Position numbers and translations under genes: made by a program
In this document: positions 57,883-64,000 of the stretch, in pieces
Layout of the letters: every line of letters starts with the position of its first letter
How positions within the stretch are numbered: the stretch's first letter is position 1
The notes under the pieces: model-generated
What the model saw: only the letters and a program-made list of their open reading frames with translations
What the model was told of the DNA's origin: nothing
Databases searched by the model: none
Origin: Bacteroidota bacterium
GTDB taxonomy: Bacteria; Bacteroidota; Bacteroidia; Bacteroidales; Lentimicrobiaceae
Length of the DNA: 64,000 nt
Reading direction: 5' to 3'
NCBI GenBank assembly: GCA_043806115.1
Contig: JAZDHI010000059.1
Location: forward strand, 24,349-88,348

Positions 57883-60800
57883 TCAGTTTACAATAACCTT
57901 CCCGGTGATTATCTCCCCTGAACCGGACGTGAATTTAGCAAAATAGATTCCGGAACTGTATGCTGAAACATCCAGTTCAAACAACTGACCTGCAGAAACA
58001 AGAAATTGATGAACCTTTTCGCCCTTCAGGTTATATAAAAGAAGAACACCTTCTTTCCTTTGAAAATCAAAGTAAACGGATTTTCCGGCCGGATTAGGAT
58101 AGATTATAAATTCTTTGCCGGAAGTTTTATTCACACTCCTGATCACAATACATAGATCATCAGTGAATTCAGACTCGCAATCTTCATATATCGCGCTGAT
58201 GTAATAACAGTACCAACCAGCATCCAGATCAATGTCAGTAAATAAAGTTTCCGTAGTATTTCCGATAAGTTCTCCGTCGCGCCAGACATTAAAACCAACA
58301 AGTCCGCGACCGGCTTTTTTCAGATGATCATCATCCGGCACCAGTGCATCAGGGAGTTCCGGCAGGTGACCGTAAATCAACGGTGACCGGGGTCCATAGA
58401 TTGTTTTGTCGGTCAATGGCTGCAGGGCAGATGTGCCCTCAACACTTTCCACATAACCGTTCAGGTTCCAGTTATAGTCGAGCCCGTAAGCGGATGACAT
58501 TGATTCCCAAACGGATCCGTCAAGTGATATCATATCACCAAATCCGGCAACTGCCGGACCGGCATCGCAACCTGCAACGTAGGAACCGGCAGTGTGAGTA
58601 ACGGTATAACCAAACCACAGTTCTGTAGCGCCGGTTACAGCAACAGGAGAAGTGAGTGCGAATTCATTCCATACACCTTCAGTGTAAGAAGCTACCGGCT
58701 GGATAAGAACGAGGGTGCTGGCATTGGCACCTGTCCAAACTTTCAGCGCGATGGTTCCACCTGCAGCATATGGAAACATACGGATCCTGGTCAGGCTGGT
58801 TCCGGCATACTGAACCAACTGGGCGGGTGTAAACCTGACAGCTACGCTGAAGGTACCACCATTGGTGAGACCGATGGCATCATCGTTAATCCCGTTGTCC
58901 CATCCGAGCCAGGCTGAAACTCCGCTGCCTCCTCCGTAAGGATCTTCCCACTGAAGTATAACATCATTTGTATCCGGGAAATCAATCTCAGCCAGGAGAT
59001 TCAGTGGAGGCCTGCACTCACGGAACACGTGAATATTATCAATCATCCAGTTAAATATATCAAGACTGTTTGAGCCATAGGCCCGGAAACGGATCCGGAA
59101 AAAGTTACCTTTGGCTTCAGCAGTAATGTCCAGGCTTTTGTGAAACCAGCCTGTACTTTCTGTATTGCTGTATTCAGCTACCTTTAACCAGAACGACCCC
59201 TTATAAACCTCTATGGCAAGATATTCCGCCCCTGTTGCATTGGTAAGGGTATGTTTCAGATCAAAATCAAGCAGAATACTGCCATCGGTGTGGATGCCGT
59301 TAATACAAAAACTGGTCAGTGCCGAAGAATAATCAGTGGTTGCCGGATTATAGTAAAATTCTGCCGAAGGGGCCGGACTTCCTACCTGACCAGCGATTCT
59401 CCAGTTCCCTTCAACATTCCACTGGTTTGTTTCAAAGAGGCCGGTGTTGAAGTACTCAGTAAAAGGAAGCTGAAAGCACCATTGAAAATCAATCACAATG
59501 GGGTCAGTTGCGGCAGATTCACCTGTTTGGCCGGGAAATCCGTAAAAACCCAGATCATAAACGGCTTTGACCTGATAGCTGTATATTCCCGGAGCCAGGC
59601 TCAGATCAAAGAATTCCGTAAAAGATTGATCCACAAAAGCAAGCAGGATATTGTCCCTGTAAATATTGTACCCTGTAAGCCCCGGGATGGTATAGGTAGA
59701 GTCATCCTGGTATTCAGGCTGGTCCCACCATAGGTGCACATAATCAACATTAAAAGGAATAACCCCTTCAAGGTTACGCGCAGGAAACAAAAACCTGCTG
59801 ATAAATGTGTTAGTATCTGGATCGGAATATCCCGAACTGTACAATGCTGAAACGCCTGCATTATAGTATTGACCGTAGTTCAGCAGGTGACTCATGGAAT
59901 AGGTCGTTTCGGGGGTATAATCCAGCAGCAATCCGTCAAGGTGCACACCATAACCCAGAATAGGAATAATACCTGAACATACTGAAACATCGTCAATGGC
60001 CCAGCCTGACCCATCACCCCCCGAATCCCCGGCATGAAAGGCCAGCAAGGCGTTGACCGAACCAACATTTCCGCAATATCCGGAAAGATCAACAGTTATT
60101 TGATTCCATGAAAAAGGGCCGGGGCTCACCGAATAAACTACATTCCATGAGGCCCCATGGTCAAAACTGATCTCTATTGTGGCAGTCTGTTCAAATGCCC
60201 CGGTATAGTAACCAGAGAAACTCAACTGGTAATCGGGACGGTTTCTCAGATCAAGTCCGGGCAAAATCAGATAGTCACAACAGCCATTTCCGTTATCATC
60301 CTCATTCGTAACAACCGCATAGGTTGAATGCGGAGGAATTGTAAAACCGGGTATACTTCCGCTATCTGAGGCGTACCATCCCGGAATATTCTGTGTAAGT
60401 AACTGCCAACCTTCCGGGGGGAAATCATTCCCTTCGAAGTTTTCATGGATTAAGACATCGCGGGGTGCCTCCCAGGATGCAGTCAACGTCATGCTATCGA
60501 CCATCAGGTTAAGGGGCCTGTAGCGTTTTTCCTGCATTATAATGTTAACCAAAGTATCTGAATAAAGAGCAATATCAAGTGAATATTCATCAAATCCGGG
60601 CTTTGTTGCTTCAAGAAGATAATCAGCCTGTCCCACCCCATTAAATAAAACAACACCTGATTCAGGAACGATCTGTTCAAAAACAGTATATGGTGGTTCC
60701 AGGCATTCAAGTCTTACTTCAGCACCTGCCGGATTTTCTCCGTTTGTGCAACTGAAGTTACAGGTTAAAGTGGAATTAAGTCTTATTGCTTGATCCACGG

Positions 60801-60939
60801 AACCCGGATCGTCAATATATCTCTGGATGCTGATTGGCTCAGTTGCAACTTTGACGGTATTAACAGTTGATGAGGAAAAACCGTCGAAGGCAAAAAAACA
60901 AAAGCCAATAAAAGACAATGATAACGGGCGACAAAACAA
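57883..60939 (-). CDS. 1018 aa T9SS cargo, shorter paralog corresponding to the C-terminal part of 48089..56719
   Basis: Same module order (carboxypeptidase-regulatory-like, MAM-like with CCDYL, Fn3, NTGLFETNQW domain, SAWLGWD module, CTD IYPNPAG); TTG start, no in-frame upstream ATG before a TAG. Confidence 0.85.
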   Translation of the reverse strand: MFCRPLSLSFIGFCFFAFDGFSSSTVNTVKVATEPISIQRYIDDPGSVDQAIRLNSTLTCNFSCTNGENPAGAEVRLECLEPPYTVFEQIVPESGVVLFNGVGQADYLLEATKPGFDEYSLDIALYSDTLVNIIMQEKRYRPLNLMVDSMTLTASWEAPRDVLIHENFEGNDFPPEGWQLLTQNIPGWYASDSGSIPGFTIPPHSTYAVVTNEDDNGNGCCDYLILPGLDLRNRPDYQLSFSGYYTGAFEQTATIEISFDHGASWNVVYSVSPGPFSWNQITVDLSGYCGNVGSVNALLAFHAGDSGGDGSGWAIDDVSVCSGIIPILGYGVHLDGLLLDYTPETTYSMSHLLNYGQYYNAGVSALYSSGYSDPDTNTFISRFLFPARNLEGVIPFNVDYVHLWWDQPEYQDDSTYTIPGLTGYNIYRDNILLAFVDQSFTEFFDLSLAPGIYSYQVKAVYDLGFYGFPGQTGESAATDPIVIDFQWCFQLPFTEYFNTGLFETNQWNVEGNWRIAGQVGSPAPSAEFYYNPATTDYSSALTSFCINGIHTDGSILLDFDLKHTLTNATGAEYLAIEVYKGSFWLKVAEYSNTESTGWFHKSLDITAEAKGNFFRIRFRAYGSNSLDIFNWMIDNIHVFRECRPPLNLLAEIDFPDTNDVILQWEDPYGGGSGVSAWLGWDNGINDDAIGLTNGGTFSVAVRFTPAQLVQYAGTSLTRIRMFPYAAGGTIALKVWTGANASTLVLIQPVASYTEGVWNEFALTSPVAVTGATELWFGYTVTHTAGSYVAGCDAGPAVAGFGDMISLDGSVWESMSSAYGLDYNWNLNGYVESVEGTSALQPLTDKTIYGPRSPLIYGHLPELPDALVPDDDHLKKAGRGLVGFNVWRDGELIGNTTETLFTDIDLDAGWYCYYISAIYEDCESEFTDDLCIVIRSVNKTSGKEFIIYPNPAGKSVYFDFQRKEGVLLLYNLKGEKVHQFLVSAGQLFELDVSAYSSGIYFAKFTSGSGEIITGKVIVN

Positions 60940-61174
60940 TGTAACATATGGCTTTATTTTAAGATTTGTGAATATTCCGGACGCTATATTAAGCTAATTA
61001 TAATAATGCAATTCTCCCTATTATGTTAAGCCAATTGGTATCAATATTACCGTAAAAGTGATTCATATAATAAAGACAATCATAATTCAATCTACCCCTA
61101 TTCCACAACCCGAATAATTACCATGAAATTGGAGATTAAAATTTTCTGAATCTTAACAGGGTTGATGCATTGAT

Positions 61175-61205
61175 AAAAAAAGGGGCCCCTTCCGGAGCCC
61201 CTTTT
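61175..61205 (-). terminator. Intrinsic terminator of the third paralog
   Basis: Minus strand GGGGCTCC-GGAA-GGGGCCCC-TTTTTTT (one G-U pair), homologous to 48037-48064. Confidence 0.85.
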
Positions 61206-61224
61206 AAGAATATCGATTGAACGA

Positions 61225-63999
61225 TTATTTGGTAACAACAACTTTTCTGGTGAAGCTGTCGCCGGCACCGGTGATAAATTTCACCAGGTAAGCACCGGAT
61301 TCGTAGTTGCGTACATTCACCTGAATGGTCTGAGCCTTTGTAACAATCTGCTCATAAACAACCTGGCCTACATAGTTGTATATAACAACCTGGCTGATGT
61401 CGCTGGTGAGTGCAATGTTCACAACGTTGTTTGACGGGTTCGGATAGACAGATACTGCATTCTTGTCAAGGTTGTTTACGTTGTCTGGGATAATACATAC
61501 TTCATTAGAAGGAAGTGATTCGCAGTCTTCATAAACAGCTGTTACAACATAGCAATATAAGGTTCCGATTTCAACGGTTGCATCAACATATTCTGTTTCT
61601 GCAGTGTTGCCAATCAGGGCGCCATCACGCCATACATTGTATCCAACGAGTTCACGACCGGCAACGGTAGTGTTGTTGGTTACAGTTGCGTTAGCAAGCA
61701 TCGGTAGGTTACCACGGACAAGCTGAGAAACCGGACCATATACAGTGTTGTCGCTGATCGGCTGCAGGGCAGTTACACCATCAACACTTTCTACGTAACC
61801 ATTGAGGTTCCAGTTATAATCCAGACCGTAAGCGGTTGACATTGATTCCCAAACAGAACCGTCGAGTGAAATCATATCACCAAATCCGGCTACTGCAGGA
61901 CCTGCATCGCAACCTGCAACGTAGGAGCCGGCAGCGTGAGTAACGGTATAACCAAACCACAGTTCGGTGGCACCGGTTACAGCAACAGGAGCAGTGAGTG
62001 CGAATTCATTCCATATACCTTCAGTATAGGAAGCAACAGGCTGGGTAAGAACGAGGGTGCTGGCATTGGCACCTGTCCAAACTTTCAGCGCAATGGTTCC
62101 ACCTGCAGCGTAAGGGAACATACGGATCTTGGTAAGACTGGTTCCGGCATACTGAGCCAACTGGGCAGGAGTAAACCTGACAGCAACACTGAAGGTACCA
62201 CCATTGGTGAGACCGATAGCATCGTTGTTGGTTCCGTTGTCCCATCCAAGCCATGCAGAAACACCACCACCACCACCGGTTGGGGCTTCCCAGGTAAGGA
62301 GAACCTCATCAACTGCCGGGAAATTAATGGCAGCTACGAGATCAACCGGAGGAGCACATACACGATAGATGCTGATATTGTCAACTAACCAGTTGAAGAT
62401 GTCGAGGGTGTTTGCACCGTTGGCGGTGAAACGTACACGGAATACATGACCCTTGGCAAGACTGGTCAGATCAACTGATTCGGTTGTCCAGTCAAAATTG
62501 GCTGTGTTCTTGAACTCACCAACTTTAACCCATGCACCACCATTGGAAACTTCAACAGCGAGGAATTCTTCTTCGGTTGCGTTTACAAGGGTATGTTTCA
62601 GGTCGAAGTCCATCATAATCTTACCATCAATAATGCCACTGCCAATCATATAGAAGCTGGTGAGCGACTGGGTATAATCAGTTGCAGCAGGATTGTAGTA
62701 GAATTCTACTGAAGGAGCATCGTTGCCAACCTGGCCGGCGATTCTCCAGTTACCATCAACAGACCACTGGTTTGTTTCGAACAATCCTGTGTTGAAGTTT
62801 TCGGTGAATGGCAGTTCATAGCCATAGGAAATGGTAACATCAACCGGACCTTCGATCATTGATTCACCGGTCTGACCAGCAAATCCGTAAGGAGTCAGGT
62901 CATAAACAGCGGTAATATGATAGCTGTAGGTACCTGGCATCATGTTAAGGTCGAAATACTCAAGCGCTGGTTTTTCAACGTAAGCGGTAAGAGCATCGTC
63001 GCGATAGATGTTATAACCAAGGAGGTTGGCAGGAGTAAGACCTCCGCCACCTTCACCAAGCTCGAATCCAACGATGAAGTTAGGATCCTGCTGAATGTTG
63101 GCGAGAAGTACAAATTTATCAGCAACAACATTGTTGGAAGCGGCCATACCACCTGCCAGACCTGCGTTGAAACCGGGAACAGTTGAAGCATCATGCATTA
63201 CACCTGTAAGAGCAAGTGTTTCAGTGCTGAACTGGTGAATGTCGGCTCCGTTTCCACCCTGATCAAATAACCAGAGGAAAGGACCACCATCGGACTGACC
63301 ATCCCAGGCTGAACCATACAATCCGGTAAACGGAAGTCCGCTTACTGTCTGAAGAGTAGCACCTGTCATGCTGATCTGTGCAAGGTCTGACCAGTTACCT
63401 GCCCAGAAACCTCCGCTACCACCATCGGCAGTCGGATCGTATGCAATGTGACGTACACTCACACTTGAAGCAATCGTACCAGCAAGCGTCTGTGTATTGA
63501 AGTCCATTTTGTAAATGGTTGTGCTGGCCTGACCGCCATAGAAGAATTCGCCGTCATAAGCCATATCACGGATGTTGGCTGCACCGGAAACGGTGAAGTC
63601 TTCAACCCATGTACCATCAAACTGGTATTTACCGAAATTGGTACCCTGCCAGTTGGAAATGTAGATAAACTGTTCGTCAGCTTCGAGACCAGGTAAACTG
63701 GCAGCCTGAGCGTTGAATGAAACAAGAACATCCCACAGTTCGCGTGAACCGCTGTTGTTGGCATAAGTTACATTGGTAACCATCGGGCTGTATTCAACCG
63801 AGCTTAATGGCATCTCTGTACGTGCAACAGGAGTGGAAGCTGTGTAGTCAGCAGGAGTTACAGGAGCAACCCATGTGAGGTGTGCATAGTCGGTCTGAGC
63901 CGGGCTTTCACCTGCGAGGTTGGTCGGAGGAATGAGGTATACACAGGTAAATCTGTAAGTGTCAAGTTCTGAATAGCCTGAGCTGAACAGAGCGGCAAC
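61225..63999 (-). CDS. Third T9SS cargo paralog, 5' part outside the window
   Basis: Frame stays open past the called ATG to the window end (VAALFSSGYSELDTYRFTCVYLIPPTNLAGESPAQTDYAHLTW, homologous to the giant protein). Has a distinct propeller-like module (IRDMAYDGEFFYGG...RHIAYDP) and CTD VYPNPSN...RKVVVTK. Confidence 0.88.
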   Translation of the reverse strand, partial: VAALFSSGYSELDTYRFTCVYLIPPTNLAGESPAQTDYAHLTWVAPVTPADYTASTPVARTEMPLSSVEYSPMVTNVTYANNSGSRELWDVLVSFNAQAASLPGLEADEQFIYISNWQGTNFGKYQFDGTWVEDFTVSGAANIRDMAYDGEFFYGGQASTTIYKMDFNTQTLAGTIASSVSVRHIAYDPTADGGSGGFWAGNWSDLAQISMTGATLQTVSGLPFTGLYGSAWDGQSDGGPFLWLFDQGGNGADIHQFSTETLALTGVMHDASTVPGFNAGLAGGMAASNNVVADKFVLLANIQQDPNFIVGFELGEGGGGLTPANLLGYNIYRDDALTAYVEKPALEYFDLNMMPGTYSYHITAVYDLTPYGFAGQTGESMIEGPVDVTISYGYELPFTENFNTGLFETNQWSVDGNWRIAGQVGNDAPSVEFYYNPAATDYTQSLTSFYMIGSGIIDGKIMMDFDLKHTLVNATEEEFLAVEVSNGGAWVKVGEFKNTANFDWTTESVDLTSLAKGHVFRVRFTANGANTLDIFNWLVDNISIYRVCAPPVDLVAAINFPAVDEVLLTWEAPTGGGGGVSAWLGWDNGTNNDAIGLTNGGTFSVAVRFTPAQLAQYAGTSLTKIRMFPYAAGGTIALKVWTGANASTLVLTQPVASYTEGIWNEFALTAPVAVTGATELWFGYTVTHAAGSYVAGCDAGPAVAGFGDMISLDGSVWESMSTAYGLDYNWNLNGYVESVDGVTALQPISDNTVYGPVSQLVRGNLPMLANATVTNNTTVAGRELVGYNVWRDGALIGNTAETEYVDATVEIGTLYCYVVTAVYEDCESLPSNEVCIIPDNVNNLDKNAVSVYPNPSNNVVNIALTSDISQVVIYNYVGQVVYEQIVTKAQTIQVNVRNYESGAYLVKFITGAGDSFTRKVVVTK

Positions 64000-64000
64000 A

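Noticed and set aside
46216-62270. Diversity-generating retroelement (RT plus repeated segments plus Avd-like genes elsewhere)
   Set aside because: The RT lies inside a full group II intron with GTGCG, DV and DVI. All repeats are within coding paralogs, and mismatches are mostly third-position changes rather than adenine-specific changes from a non-coding template. The four-helix-bundle genes are 8-13 kb away and broken.
48800-62388. Three similar plus-strand ORFs starting MSNGITKPQF (48800, 58594, 61936)
   Set aside because: They are antisense shadows of the repeated block in the T9SS genes; their similarity follows from the repeat.
344-63764. Remaining short ORFs (60-170 aa) overlapping long genes
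   Set aside because: They overlap well-supported CDSs on the opposite strand or another frame and show no motifs; treated as shadow ORFs.

Overview
Chromosomal window from a Bacteroidota (Bacteroidales-like) bacterium, judged from many T9SS C-terminal sorting domains and TAnnTTTG promoter boxes. Left to right: (i) a cluster of T9SS-secreted proteases (5'-truncated gingipain-like C25, two papain-like C1, one S8) with an AlgX/AlgJ-like gene embedded; (ii) rlmI, a GH31 and lipoproteins; (iii) a divergent EEP nuclease / TonB-dependent transporter / OB-fold lipoprotein locus resembling a nucleic-acid uptake system; (iv) housekeeping genes (mfd, fbp, lysC, POT transporter, PPi-type pfk, 2-hydroxyacid dehydrogenase, RND/MMPL, rfbA, polyprenyl synthase, ABC-F); (v) a complete 1.9 kb class IIC group II intron inserted directly after an intrinsic terminator; (vi) three tandem, partly mosaic, non-catalytic T9SS adhesin-like paralogs, one of 2876 aa and one running off the window end. 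The least explained structure is a cassette seen twice and missed or truncated by the ORF track: a decayed four-helix-bundle (TIGR02436/Avd-like) gene flanked by short-tandem-repeat arrays in inverted orientation (8-mers in one copy, 7-mers in the other). There are also nested REP/MITE-like palindromes. No tRNA, rRNA or CRISPR array was seen. All family calls are from motif recognition by eye; no searches were run.
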